A DNA stretch of 64,000 nt from Macrostomum lignano (GCA_002269645.1 NIVC01001090.1:1-64000); one strand, 5' to 3'; counted from the stretch's first letter, positions 12,336 through 25,155 are shown. The notes: generated from the letters alone by a model not told the origin. A program made the numbers and translations.

Positions 12336-14159
12336 ACACTCGTATATTGTTGTTAGCTATCCCCGCCTGTCTTTGTCCGTAATTTAACTACCCGCAGGCC
12401 TCAAATAAGTTTTTTTGCAACCAATATTTACTTACTGACTGAGTTTTGTGTCTCGCTGTAAGTCTTACTTGGCTTCAGTGCTGCTGTTGCTTCAGATTTT
12501 CACGGACAATTTTCATGTGTGAAACGCATTGCTGTCTCAGCTTTCGCTTGGCTGGCTCTGTAGACTCAGAATCCGATTTTTTGTTCAGAAGATTCATAAC
12601 ACATTTTATTACAAAAGACTCTCTCAGTTCCGTGTTAGCACGCTTAGCCTAAGTCAGTAGTATGTCGAGCGCATTTTGTACTGCTTTGGTTTGTTTAATT
12701 TTGCAAAGCTCATTGTTAGCCGCTGCTGTGCATGGGTTGCTCTCTTCCACCATGATCTTATCTTATAAGCTTTTAAATTCGTTTTCGGTCATTAATAATA
12801 AAAATTGTCTCGTTCGTTCGACTTGCTTTGCTTTCCACTGCAAGCCAGTGTGGGAAACTCAGTTTTTTTAGGCCTAATTTTTTATCTAGTAAACTTATGG
12901 ATTTAAAAATGATATTATCCACACCTCTGGAACATCCTCAGATCCTCAAAAACTTATTCTAAATACTAAACACCCACGAAATAATAAAGTTTAAGGGACC
13001 ATGCTTGGGTTTTTGTGTCACAGCGTGGATTTCAGCGTGGTAGGGTAGAGATGCTGGTATTTTATTTGATTTTTTGTAACTTTTTGTAACTGATACCAAC
13101 TGAAATCCTGGCTGTCACCTTGACATCCTGAATTTGGAGTTGGGATATCACTGAGCCTAAAAACACCCAGGATGTGTTGAATTGGTGTCGTTTCACTGGA
13201 TATTGCAAAAAACTTTTTTTAAATGTGACAGACGCTTGGCACTTGGCATGTCCCAAAAACTTTCGCTAGGAGGGGGGGGGGGCAAACACCCCCTGCCCCT
13301 AAAACTGAAAGCATGCAGTCACTTTTCGTTTAATTCTCATCAAAATCCAAAATTCAAAATGCATAATTCAAAGCGGCGCATTCCTCTCGCTGAAATCTGG
13401 ACATTCTCGAGGCCTGCCTGATCGATGTCGCGAAACTGCCGAAGCCAGCCTCCCAGCCTCCTCCATCGGGTCGGAACTCGGGCCGCACCCCGTGTCTGCC
13501 CTCCCCCCCCCTCTGTTCCCCATTCTCCATGAATCTGAAATGAAGTCCTGAGGGGGGAGGAGTGGGGAGTCTGGGAGCGAAATTTTTGTTTGCCCATTTG
13601 TGAGTCAGATTGGGAAATCGGAGGAGACGGACGCCGACTCTCAAACACACAATCTCCCTCTCTCCCCCCCCCACAAGTCATCGGCTTGGCCGGCCCTTCA
13701 GGCCAGAGAAAGCGGCTTCAGCTCGAGCCCGGCACCAGCCCAACCCCCTCCCCCCCTATTCTCTCTGCAGCTGCAGCTGTGAGCTGAACTAAGCTGAATA
13801 ATTCACGGACTCTCCCAGCGCTTGGCAGGAGCAGAAGAAGCCTGCGCCTGCATGGCGTGGATCAGCAATCGCTTGGATGAGGCGGCGGCATTGAGACAAT
13901 GCCCTGATGAAGGAATAATAGGGGGAGACTCTGCAGACCAACTCAGAAGATAACGATTTAACAAATTACAAGTGACAAGTGGCATGTTTTTACCTTTTAG
14001 CGTTTCATTCGAATCGAAGAGACAGTTTCTTAAAACTTTTAACATTGTCCAAAAATCGTTTAAGTTTTGAGCTTGGGAAATTGACTTTTTTATTTTAGTA
14101 TTTTTTGCAAACGCTCCGAGATACATGTAGATTTGAAAGCAACAGTATTTGCCGACTAT

Positions 14160-14700
14160 AGACCCCGGGGTTAAGACCATAGACTGTAGCTCTGCTGTTC
14201 TCCAAAAGCTAGTGTCTGTGGCCCTATCCCCGGGGTTAAGACCATAGACTGTAGCTCTGCTGTTCTCCAAAAGCTAGTGTCTGTGGCCCTATCCCCGGGG
14301 TTAAGACCATAGACTGTAGCTCTGCTGTTCTCTAAAAGCTAGTGTCTGTGGCCCTACCCCCGGGGTTAAGACCATAGACTGTAGCTCTGCTGTTCTCTAA
14401 AAGCTAGTGTCTGTGGCCCTACCCCCGGGGTTAAGACCATAGACTGTAGCTCTGCTGTTCTCTAAAAGCTAGTGTCTGTGGCCCTACCCCGGGGTTAAGA
14501 CCATAGACTGTAGCTCTGCTGCTCTCCAAAAGCTAGTGTCTGTGGCCCTAACCCAGGGGTTCAGATAGTAGACTGTAGCTCTGCTGCTCTCTAAAAGCTA
14601 GTGTCTGTGGCCCTACCCCGGGGTTAAGACCATAGACTGTAGCTTCTGCTGCTCTCAAGCATTAGCAGCACCCAGTGTCTGTGGCCCTAACTCCGGGGTT
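14160..14700. repeat. ~64-65-bp tandem repeat (CCCCGGGGTTAAGACCATAGACTGTAGCTCTGCTG...), ~8 copies
   Basis: Read directly. Confidence 0.93.
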
Positions 14701-15595
14701 TTTGGGGCCTCGTAGACGGCTGCTAAATATATTAGCGAATGCTGAAGTGACGCATCTATGTAATACAGAATCTGTGCTCGAGATTTCGTTGGCATCTTAA
14801 TACGCTCGTAGAATCTTGATGAAACCGAACTACTTGTAATTTGTCACCTGTAGATAGATTTACAACGCTCTTCTGGAAGAACGGATTCAAGCCGGGAAAT
14901 TTTAGCCAATCCAGCCAGCCGGAGTCAGTCAGTCGTCAGTCAGCAGGGCTTTGGCAGGTTTGCTGGGTCACCTACTGGCGCCCCTCTCCACCTCCCCTCA
15001 GCAATATTCCCAGATCCCCATTCCTGCCTACCCGGGGCCTTGCTGGGCGATGCGAGGGAGGGGGGAGGCCGCAGGCCCGGAATGAGGGCAGAAGAGAGAA
15101 GGGAGAGGGGGAGGCTGGGGAGAGACGGGGGGTGCGCCAGAACACTCATCTAATATTCCATTTGCAAAGCTAAATAATTAATGAGGTGAGCTTTTCTTCT
15201 GTTGGCGATGGTAGGTCTGTTTGAGCCGCGTGAATATTTAATGGGCCGTGTGTTTGACGCCGCGATACGGTCTGGGCCTCAATAATTCAGGCGCACACTT
15301 AGCATTTATGCATAGAAATAGAGGCAAATTCAAAAGAAGCCAAACTGGAAGCTCAACTCCTCGCTTTTGGAGCAGCAGGCAGGAAGGCAGGCAACTCCCC
15401 GGGCAAAGTCTCTCTCTCTCAGTTCCCTCTCTGTCACTTGCTCCCGGCAGCTGACTGCCGCACCGTTATAATCCTGCAGGAATCGGCGGCAGCAGCAGCA
15501 ACAAACCGTTTGCCGAATATTTTCTTCTGCTGATTGTTGTCAATTGGAGATAAAAAGCCTCGTTTGAACGCGACTTTGGCGCGGTGTCGTCACTC

Positions 15596-15688
15596 ATGGC
15601 GGAGACCACCATCGGCGAGGTGAGCAGTCGAAGTCTGCTGTCATCAGCTGCTCAGCAGGCCATCGAGCGGCGATACGAGGACTGCGAG
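15596..15688 (+). CDS. Probable first coding exon of the Ikaros/Hunchback-type gene
   Basis: ATG GCG... to GAG|GTGAGG, phase 0, compatible with the polypyrimidine acceptor at 16539-16540; alternative donor at 15620. Confidence 0.55.
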
Positions 15689-15779
15689 GTGAGGACCACC
15701 TTTGTAGACTTTTATAGATATCTAGTAGGTAGAGGGTCGATTCCTAGTAGATTGGGTAGATTAGCAACACGGATTGAGT

Positions 15780-16190
15780 GTAGATTTTCAGCAAATTGTC
15801 GATAAATTTCTGGTAGATTGTCGATAAATCTCTCGTAGATAGTCAATAGATTTCTGGTAGATTGTTGATAGATTTCTGGTAGATTGTCGATAGATTTCTG
15901 ATAGATTTCCGATAGATTTCTGATAGATTGTCGATAGATTTCTAATAGATTGTCAATAGATGTCTGATAGATTGTCGATAGATTTCTTTGTAGATTGTTG
16001 ATAGATTTCTGGTAGATTGTCGATAGATTTCTTAGATTTCTGATAGATTGTCGATAGATTTCTTCGTAGATTGTCGATAGATTTCTGTTAGATTATCGAT
16101 AGATTTCAGGTAGATTGTCGATAGATTTCTGGTAGATTATCGATATATTTCTGGTAGATTACCGATAGATTTCTGATTGATTATCGATAG
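15780..16190. repeat. Degenerate ~22-bp repeat TAGATTTCTGGTAGATTGTCGA, intronic
   Basis: Read directly. Confidence 0.88.
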
Positions 16191-16540
16191 ACCTTCATCA
16201 TCCGACAATAATTCTGGAACTACAAGACGGAAGAATGAAATTGGGGTGGGCAGGAAAAGTGAGATGGTGAGAAATGTGTGATGGTGAGAATATCGGGGGC
16301 GGGAGAAGTTGGGGTGGCGCTCCCGACTCCGCTTTCCCCACTTGTTTGCTCACGCCCCCTGCCCAAGCCGCCAGCCGCCCCCAGTTTAATTGGAGTTCAT
16401 TCAGGCCTCGCACTGAATATTTAACGGGATTTACAATGCAGACTCAAGCAGACTAAAAATTCACCCAAAAAGACATCGACAGGACAGCCGTTGCTAACAC
16501 AGATCCTCACCTGTGCCGCACCGACTTCCCGCTTCCTCAG

Positions 16541-18010
16541 GCAAACAGCGGACCCGTGGATCTCATCAAGCGGACGGGACAGGTCGGCACAGCGCCGGCC
16601 GAGGCCCGGGGACGCTCGCCGCAGCAGCCGTCCAAGACTTTGGCGTCGGCAGCAACGCCGAACGGAACCGGACAGCATCAGCCGCCTGGTGGCATGCGAG
16701 GCAGGAAGCGCGGCGCTCATCCCGCAGCCGCCTCGGCGTCTCACTACCATCAGCACCATCACCAGCTCTTTGTCCAGCCTGCTGCCAAGCATCCATCTTT
16801 GTCCGCGACAACGTCCTCAGTTCCCGTGTCGGCAGTCTCCTCGGTGGCAGCTGCGGCGGTCGCGGCGGCGGCTGCGGCGGCTGCGGCGGCGGCAGCATCG
16901 GCCAATTCGTCGACGTCCTCGGTGGCTACCATATCTTCGTCTTCGTCATCCTCGACGTCAACTTCTGCCGCGGCAGCGGTGGCGGCAGCGGCCGCAGCGG
17001 CCGCCAGCGGCTGCTTTAGCTGCCAGTCGTGCCGGATGACGTTTGCCAATCGCGACGCCCTGGCGATGCACATGATGGACAGCGTGCGCAACAACGGCAC
17101 CTGCGCCACGGACAGCGGCGGCGGCAGCGGCGGCGGCAGCGGCGTCGGTCTTGGCAGCCATGACCACGTCGCCGGAAGCCGCAGTCAGGCGCCTCATTCA
17201 AAGCCGGCTTCCGCTGGCATCCCGGTGTGCCGCCTGTGCGGAGAACGAATGCCCAGCGAGGAGTCGCTGGCGGTGCACATGCTGGCGCACGCGGCCGCCT
17301 GCCAGCAGCAGCAGCTGCCTCCGCCACCGCCGCAGGCACCGACGCAAGCTGCGCAGCCGCAACACCAGCAGCTGCCGGAGGGCCTCCAGCTGCCGCCGCT
17401 CCTCCGGCCGGGGCTGGCTGCCTACACCGACTACCTTCAGAGCCTCGTGCACCTGGCCTCTCCGCTGATGCACTCACAGACAAACCTGTCGTCTCAGCCG
17501 CCACCGCCGCCGCCTCCACTGCCGCCACAGCCTCCGACAGCGTCGCTAGCCTCGCCCCCGTTGGCAGAGGACAAGGCCGGAGTGCTGGCGCAGTCACCCA
17601 AGACCTCCTCGCCGTCGGCGCCGAAATGTAGAAGCGCACCTGCCGGCGCGGCTGTCAGTTCCGCATCGTCGGCGGCGGCGACCACCATCGGCTCCTTGAT
17701 GCCTGCATCGCCGCAGCTGCTACACGCGGCCCAGTTGCATCCGCAACACCACCAGCAGCAGCAGCAGCAGCCGAAGTCGCCGCAGTCAACCAGCGACGGT
17801 GGCTGCAGGTCGGGTACTCCTGGAACCGGAGCCGTCAGCACTGGCGGATTCCCCCACGTGTGCCCTCACTGCCTGATTGGCTTTGTTGACCAGGTCATGT
17901 ACTGCCTGCACATGGGCCTGCACAACCTCAACGAGCCATTTCAGTGTAACATGTGCGGCAGAGTGCTGGCCAATCGGCAGCAGTTCGCCTCGCACACGTT
18001 GCACTATTGA
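16541..18010 (+). CDS. Ikaros/Hunchback-family C2H2 zinc-finger protein, main exon
   Basis: C-terminal pair CPHCLIGFVDQVMYCLHMGLHNLNEPFQCNMCGRVLANRQQFASH matches the Ikaros/Hb dimerisation fingers (CEHC..LFLDHVMYTIHMGCH....PFECNMCG); two isolated upstream fingers (CQSC, CRLC). Confidence 0.9.
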   Translation, partial: ANSGPVDLIKRTGQVGTAPAEARGRSPQQPSKTLASAATPNGTGQHQPPGGMRGRKRGAHPAAASASHYHQHHHQLFVQPAAKHPSLSATTSSVPVSAVSSVAAAAVAAAAAAAAAAAASANSSTSSVATISSSSSSSTSTSAAAAVAAAAAAAASGCFSCQSCRMTFANRDALAMHMMDSVRNNGTCATDSGGGSGGGSGVGLGSHDHVAGSRSQAPHSKPASAGIPVCRLCGERMPSEESLAVHMLAHAAACQQQQLPPPPPQAPTQAAQPQHQQLPEGLQLPPLLRPGLAAYTDYLQSLVHLASPLMHSQTNLSSQPPPPPPPLPPQPPTASLASPPLAEDKAGVLAQSPKTSSPSAPKCRSAPAGAAVSSASSAAATTIGSLMPASPQLLHAAQLHPQHHQQQQQQPKSPQSTSDGGCRSGTPGTGAVSTGGFPHVCPHCLIGFVDQVMYCLHMGLHNLNEPFQCNMCGRVLANRQQFASHTLHY

Positions 18011-18129
18011 CTGACTGACTGACAGCATCGATTTTCTTTTGCGCACACAGAAACCCTTGCTGGCTTCTTTGTTTAGATTTGTGCAACTGTAAACCTAGTC
18101 ATCATTTCACCTGGATCCTCCTTCCATCA

Positions 18130-18760
18130 CCCACCCCCTCTATCCAGACAAGCACCTCCCTCCGTGCCCCAGACCCCTCTCCAATCACCCACCTCCCTCC
18201 GATCCCCAGACCCTCTCCAATCACCCACCTCCCTCCGTGCCCCAGACCTCTCTCCAATCACCCACCTCCCTTCGATCCCCAGACCCTCTCCAATCACCCA
18301 CCTCCCTCCGTGCCCCAGACCCCTCTCCAATCACCCACCTCCCTCCGTGCCTCAGACCCCTCTCCAATCACCCACCTCCCTCCGATCCCCAGACCCTCTC
18401 CAATCACCCACCTCCCTCCGTGCCCCAGACCTCTCTCCAATCACCCACCTCCCTTCGATCCCCAGACCCTCTCCAATCACCCACCTCCCTCCGTGCCCCA
18501 GACCCCTCTCCAATCACCCACCTCCCTCCGTGCCCCAGACCCCTCTCCAATCATCCCAGACCCCCATCAAGTCACCCATCCTCCGCTGTGCCCCAAACCA
18601 CTTTCAAGTCACCCACCCCCACTGTGCCCCAGATCCCTATCTAGTCACCCACCTCCCTCTATGCCCTAGTCCCCTATTCAGTCACCCACCTCCCTCTATG
18701 CCCCAGTCCTTATCCAGTCACCCACCTCCCTCTATGCCCCAGTCCCCTATCCAGCCAACT
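18130..18760. repeat. ~36-bp tandem repeat CCCAGACCC(C)TCTCCAATCACCCACCTCCCTCCG(T/A)
   Basis: Read directly, degenerating at the 3' end. Confidence 0.92.
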
Positions 18761-20354
18761 ACCTGCCCCGGTCATTAGTATCCAATTGCTCCTGATTTCA
18801 TAAATGAATCAAACCTGTCAACATTTATAGCTACCTGATACCACGCACAATTTACCAAATTTATTAACCAATCATATTTGTCCATAGTTAGAGCTATGCT
18901 TGTGCTTCTTGCTGAACCCTGACTGCCCCTGTCCGATCGTCTCACAGTGTCTCTAATAGCTTATATTTCGAATTTTTTTAACTTACGACAAACAGACTCA
19001 GTTGGACCTCAGTAGTAGCCCCACAATAAAATCTGTTTCTAGCTATGTGGTATAAATTATGCATACACCCTTTATCATATCGGTAGGCATGGTCGCGCTC
19101 GGATCGCTGGCTGCACTTTTCTAGAGGCCGTCTGCTCCTCTCGTGCATCTAAATTATGCATGCATCGCGACTGAAATCTAGCCGGATATGATCTTCAATT
19201 CATGCAACTTTCAATAATTCATGCTCGTAATATTTTACTCATAATAAATTCGGCGAAAATACTCGCCATGGTCTGTCCGGGGCCCTAGCCGACGAGTTTT
19301 CGAGTTTCGAAACTTTCTTGCGCTGCCCCATCTAGCCGGAGGTTTTGATTGGTCAGAGCATTGGCCGGATGTGCCAAGCCAGTTTACCACGAATCAGATA
19401 CAAGTGCTGTTGCTTAGCCTGTTGCTTGGTCGAGTTTTGAAAATTCATTCGAAATGAGCTTTCGAAATGAGACTGGAGAGAGGCTGGGGAGCCTGATGAT
19501 GAGGTGGATGGGGCAGAAGAGGAGGAATAGAGAGAGGGAGGGGGAGATGACGGGGCTGCAGAGCTGTAAATAATAGATGAGGCTATTTGCATTTCTGTCG
19601 TGCACTGCTGCCCCCCCCCCCCTGGTGGTCCTCCTGCGCGCTCCCGGGAAATTGTGACTCAGGAAATGCCGAGAAAGGGAAGCGCAGGAGCAAGGCAGCA
19701 CCAGCTTCTCTGCCTGCCTCCGCCGCCTTGCATTTAAAAAAACTTTTTTCTCTCTGGCCTCAAACCGCTTGCATCTAAGAGCGTTTTTGCTATAAATTTT
19801 TGACTAGATCCCGAGCCCAAACACGGCGGCCATAACTTCCCCACCCCCTTTTCCAGGAAAGCCTGGAGTCAGCCATGCCCGCCCAGCCCTGTCGCATGCA
19901 AATTGCCCCCGCTGCTTCAAGTCAATCAGCCGCTTGGGAGGCTCTCCCTGACAGTCAAGAGTTCTGCTGCGCCTCCTTCACCTGTTGCTTTGTTGCCTGG
20001 AGGGGACGCTTGGGAGATTTAATGGGAGGGATTCTGCGTGAGCGTCGTCATCATTATACGTCCTCTCCAATGCCAAGTGTGCACAATGCGTATTCCATAA
20101 TTAACGAGCTCCGTTCTCCTCCCCTCTCAACTCCCGACAGCTTCCCAATAACGAGGCTGTCCCGTCAGCTATAGAGGAGTTAGCCATGTTGAACCGCGAG
20201 TTAAGCAGCAAAACAGGTGCAAAAAGAGGTGTTACAACTGGAAAGATCTTCATCTAATAGCAGCATATCTGATCTTGGCTAGTCCAATTAATGAGGCTTA
20301 GGTTCCGGCGAACGCAAAATTTTTACCAATTCTTAATGCTAATCGCAATGTTTT

Positions 20355-20895
20355 TGTCGTGGAATCTGAGATCTTACAATGACCCATGGTTTTCTTGGAA
20401 TCTGAGATTTTACAATGACCCATGGTTTTCTTGGAATCTGAGATCTTACAATGACCAATGGTTTTCTTGGAATCTGAGATCTTACAATGACCCATGGTTT
20501 TCTTGGAATCTGAGATTTTACAATGACCCATGGTTTTCTTAGAATCAGAGATCTTACAATGACCAATGGTTTTCTTGGAATCTGAGATCTTACAATGACC
20601 AATGGTTTTCTTAGAATCGGAGATCTTACAATGACCCATGGTTTCTTGGAATTGGACACGTACCCATGGTTTTCTTGGAATCTGAGATTTTACAATGACC
20701 CATGGTTTTCTTGGAATCGGAGATTTTACAATGACCCATGGTTTTCTTAGAATCGGAGATCTTACAATGACCAATGGTTTTCTTGGAATCTGAGATCTTA
20801 CAATGACCAATGGTTTTCTTAGAATCGGAGATCTTACAATGACCCATGGTTTCTTGGAATTGGACACGTACCCATGGTTTTCTTGGAATCGGAGA
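20355..20895. repeat. 36-bp tandem repeat GGAATCTGAGATCTTACAATGACCCATGGTTTTCTT with a twice-recurring variant unit (higher-order structure)
   Basis: The variant GGAATTGGACACGTACCCATGG occurs at ~20647 and ~20856. Confidence 0.92.
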
Positions 20896-23223
20896 CCTTA
20901 GAATGGCTCCTGAATTTAATATTGGAGATCATACATGTACTATAACATACATGTACGAGGGCTATCCCAAAAGTAAGTTTCGCTATTCTATAAAATTTAT
21001 GAATAGCAACTTGAACAGGAGGCACTCGTACATGGTTTTATTAGAATCCAAAGCCTCCATGGCTTTAATCGAAATCGTAATCTGCGTGGTGCTCGTGTTT
21101 CCTAGAATCGGGACTCACTTTCAAACAGACGTTGCTGAGTTGATTTCTTAGAATATGCGAGCGTATTGATACTTAAAGTATACTGGATTATAACTTTATT
21201 GATTCAATTGACGGTCACGAATTTCACCAAGGACCAACAGTATAAATATCACTCAAACTCAATATGGTGAAACGAAGGGATAGGGATCCTACTGTCATAT
21301 ACATGTATCATGCTTTGAAATTCACATTTTAAGGAGTAATAATACGTAATGAAAATTTGGTAGTGGCAAGGATGGATAAATTATCTAAATTACAGTATTT
21401 AGCTAAAATGTGGTGTGTACTGCATGCTGGCTCGTATACATGTATGCAACACAGAATCAGCTTTAGGTGGTGGGACATGCCTAGCTGTAGCTGGGATATA
21501 TACGTGCGTGGTCCTTTGCGTCCTTTATTTGATTGAAATTAAAAACAGCCTGCTTGCATGACAGACAGCATGATATTGACATACTCGTATGGACTAAAGT
21601 ATAAATGGAAATGGCACAGTTTTGCATGATGGCCAAGCATGCTTCCCCACGTTCGACAGGAAGTTAAAATTATCATTTATCAACCTATCTGCTCCAATTT
21701 GGTAAAATTGTCTCGCTTAGCCGAGTAACTTTTGATCAATCAACGTAATTAATCACACGTGAGCTAGTTGTTTAAATGATTTATAAGGGAAGGCTTTCGC
21801 ATACATGTACATATATGCATTTACATACACGAGTCTATTTAGACCGGAATGTGCTAAAGTCCAATCGTTGCCTAAATTCAATTTATATAAAAATTATCAA
21901 GTTATGCAGTTCAAATAGTCTTTATCAAGATTCAATCACGATGGTAGAAACATTTGGTTCAAGTATTGAAGGACGATAGCTGCTAAGAAGCTCGTTGCGT
22001 AAAGAAAAATTGGGGGAGAGAGTACTAGATTTTAGCTCGTAGTTCAAGGACGTAGTTCAGGCTCGTAGTTGTATACAAGTAAGCTTTAAAACAGCTTTTC
22101 TTTGTTTTTTTTTTGCTTGAAGAAGTATTTATCTAATGATAAAGATACTTTTCAATTCCAAAATTTTAAAACACAAAGTCGCTTTTTATTTTATATTTTA
22201 CGGATTTTTTTTCAATCCTTGAACTAACAAACAAGCAATGATCTCTGTTTATAATATCGTAATAATACTTTTAAAACTTGTAAAAATTGTAAAATAAACT
22301 TTAAAAAAACTGTTTTTGTCTACTAAGATCTTACTATAAAAGAGATAACTACGAGCTTAATTTAGAGTCGCGAACAATTCAACATGTTATCAGTCGCCCC
22401 TTTTCGCTAAGCTAGTCCCAATTTAGTCTTACCACCTTGTTACAAAACTTAAAATAGTGAAATGAAGCAGTAAAGCACTGAACCGCAAGTAACACAGTCA
22501 TGGATTATGAGAGCCATCCTAATAGACCGCCATCCGAGCAGGTAAATTTGTAATTTAAAAAGGTTACCAGCCTGCGCTTCTTAATTATTTTTTGCATCTT
22601 TCACGGTGTAGTGCACTGTAGTGTAGACTGTAGTCTGTAGTTAACTATTTAGTATGCTTGAATTCTCATTGTTTTTACAAACATTAGTTGGAATATACGT
22701 GCGAGTATACGTATATGTACATGTACTACAGAAGATAAATCATTATGCAGATTTTTGTATGCTTGACTGTAGGTCGTAAACTCGTAATTAAAATTTTTTG
22801 TATTTCTTGCACTTTTTTCAGTACACAAAACTATTTTAGTAGAAATTTTTATATGGGTACCCTGTTTATGGCCTCGGTTGGAGAACATAAGCTTTTAAAA
22901 TCTGTTTTATTTTATTATTGTAAAAGTTACTTTTATTTTTATTTTATAATTAATAATAAATGGATGAATTAGTATTCCCACTTTTGACTTTAATTTATTA
23001 AACATTTAATGCAAGTTTTAACTTTTCTGGTGATATAGTTGTTTGAGAGATTGTATTACCTTCATATTTAAATTATTTATAGTTGGAAAACAGCAATTGA
23101 TCAAGGTGACACTTTCACTGATAATATAATTTCAAGGATATTTTAGAAAACAAAAAACAAAAATTGCTTTTTTACTTCTAATTGGCTAATTCAAATGATT
23201 TGCTAAAATCCCAACCTAACCAG

Positions 23224-23330
23224 ATGGTCGACTTGCATGTCTACGTTGTCCCGCCAGCACTGTGGCAGGAGCGGCTGCACAGCGCGTTCAACCAGATCAT
23301 CGGCGAGACCGTGTCTGCCGGATTCATTCG
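23224..23330 (+). CDS. SPATA1: SPATA1-like protein exon
   Basis: MVDLHVYVVPPALWQERLHSAFNQIIGETVSAGFIR resembles the SPATA1 N-terminus (VELHVFYVP...ISAGF.R); GTAAG donor, phase 2. Confidence 0.8.
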
Positions 23331-23841
23331 GTAAGGCTGACTGATGGGGCAAAACAGCTCTAAGCACCTCGTTCGATTCCGCCACATTCATTTGGGGTTT
23401 GTGCTTGAAAATTGGCCGGGGGTTGTCGTGCGATTCACAGCCATGAGGGCCAATCCTCGAAGCACAGAGAGTGTACATTCTTGATGATTAGAAAGTCAGG
23501 GGCCGCTGTACACCCTGTGTGAGCGAGTGTATGAGTGCGTGCCTGCGTACAGTATTGGCGCGCTTGCACTTGTACGTGCTCAGGAGCCAGCGGAATGGTC
23601 AGACTAAGAATTGCCTCAGTGCTTGTTGTGAATGACGTCACACATCGCGTTGCGCCAGGTTGGCCGCAGCCCTCCTGCGAATATGGATGGTTTGACAATT
23701 TTTATGCGGTTGATTGACTGGCTTCCTTCATCCAGTGAACTGAAGCCGGAATTTCTATTGGAGGCGAAGCTAATGGGGTCGGGATGGTGCAACTGCGCTA
23801 GAACGGAGGCAACTACTGTTGGAAATGTCCGTATGAACCAA

Positions 23842-24135
23842 TAGTGATCTGAGTAGACTCACCACTTGAAGGTCGGGGGTTCGATTCTCGACCACCCAGT
23901 AACAATTTGTGTCTTTGAGCAAGACACTTAACTCTCTGCATTGCTTCAGTTCACCCAGTTGTAAAATGGGTGCCAGCATTAGCTGGGGTAATTGTCATTG
24001 ACGGTGTGTGTGGCGATCCCCCCACCCCCAGTCCTTGGACTGAACAGCCGTACGCAGCATTCAGATGCGCCGCGCAATAGCTGCGGCTAAGCTGTCGGTT
24101 GCACATCTGGCCCAAATTAGGCAGGTGTGATAAAA
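23842..24135 (+). mobile_element. tRNA-derived CORE-type SINE, copy 1 (degenerate 5' end), intronic
   Basis: B-box GGTTCGATTCTC followed by TGTGTCTTTGAGCAAGACACTTAACTCTCTG...CAGTT...GTAAAATGGG, similar to the MIR CORE consensus; 3' part shared with copy 2. Confidence 0.8.
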
Positions 24136-24173
24136 AAGGATTAGCCAGTACTCTGGGCACACAATGATTTCAG

Positions 24174-24291
24174 CGTCTTCCCCGAGTCCCTGCTGCAGCA
24201 GGTCCGCAGCGACATCGAGCGCCAGCTTGGCTACGAGATTGTTCCCAGAAACTTTGTCTTCTGCAAAAGCGTCGGTCGCTGCTTGACTCAA
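24174..24291 (+). CDS. SPATA1: SPATA1-like protein exon
   Basis: VFPESLLQQVRSDIERQLGYEIVPRNFVFCKSVGRCLTQ; phases 2 and 0 consistent with neighbouring exons. Confidence 0.8.
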
Positions 24292-24381
24292 GTTAGTGCT
24301 TGTTGTGTTGGTTTTTTATAACTTCAGCAAAACATAATCGAGCAATTTAAGCTATTGGCGTTGTCGTACCGGAAATTTCAG

Positions 24382-24435
24382 GTTCGCAGCCGACAGGAAA
24401 AGGAGCTAAAAGTGAAGCACTTTCTGCCGCCTCAC
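24382..24435 (+). CDS. SPATA1: SPATA1-like protein exon
   Basis: VRSRQEKELKVKHFLPPH (cf. SPATA1 VKEKQESELKLKSFAPP); AG/GT boundaries. Confidence 0.8.
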
Positions 24436-24587
24436 GTAAGCCGTCTGCCAGATCTGTGTAGCTAGAGAGTAGTTTGGCATAACTCTAGTAATTGTATCAA
24501 GCAGAGTTTTCTGAAGACTTATTGAGCAGTGTAGCTATTAACATGTTCTGACCTCTTGCACCATTAAATCTGGGTAGAAGGCTATGG

Positions 24588-24790
24588 GTTGTAGCCTAGT
24601 GGAGGGGTTGTAGCCTAGTGGAGGGGTTGTAGCCTAGTGGAGGGGTTGTAGCCTAGTGGAGGGGTTGTAGCCTAGTGGAGGGGTTGTAGCCTAGTGGAGG
24701 GGTTGTAGCCTAGTGGAGGGGTTGTAGCCTAGTGGAGGGGTTGTAGCCTAGTGGAGGGGTTGTAGCCTAGTGGAGGGGTTGTAGCCTAGT
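24588..24790. repeat. 19-bp tandem repeat GTTGTAGCCTAGTGGAGGG built from the SINE A-box
   Basis: About 11 units; the last one runs directly into TAGCCTAGTGGTTAGAGCG of SINE copy 2. Confidence 0.92.
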
Positions 24791-25088
24791 GGTTAGAGCG
24801 TCGGACTCACGACTTGATGGTCGGGGGTTCGATTCCCGATCCCACTAGAACAATTTTTGTCATTAAGCAAGACACTTAACTCTGCATTGCTTCAGTTCAC
24901 CCAGCTGTAAAATGGGTGCAAGAATAAGCTGGGGTAATTGAGGATGTGTGTGGCGACCCCCCAGTCCTTGGACTGAACAGCCGTACGCAGCCTTCAGATG
25001 CGCCGCGCAATAGCTGCGGCTGAGCTGTCGGTTGCACATCTGGCCATTAGGGCAGGTGTAATCAATTATTATTATTAATATTATTACT
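24779..25088 (+). mobile_element. tRNA-derived CORE-type SINE, copy 2, full length with (ATT)n tail, intronic
   Basis: A-box TAGCCTAGTGG, B-box GGTTCGATTCC, CORE-like block GCAAGACACTTAAC...CTGTAAAATGGG, simple-repeat tail. Confidence 0.85.
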
Positions 25089-25155
25089 AGCGTAAAACAC
25101 TATTTTCCCGAATCGGAGTAGACTGCAAATACGAAAATTGAATCGTGCACAACAG

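Noticed and set aside
13900-13950. Hammerhead ribozyme at CTGATGA
   Set aside because: No stem II followed by GAAA could be formed.
19608-19632. CTCF-like motif CCCCCTGGTGG
   Set aside because: A single short match arising from a C homopolymer; no supporting context.
22034-22357. MITE bounded by AGCTCGTAGTT/AACTACGAGCT
   Set aside because: Only 11 bp of inverted match and no TSD identified.
24781-24850. Functional tRNA gene
   Set aside because: A and B boxes are present, but the acceptor and anticodon stems do not pair well and the sequence runs into a CORE-like body and simple-repeat tail shared with a second copy.
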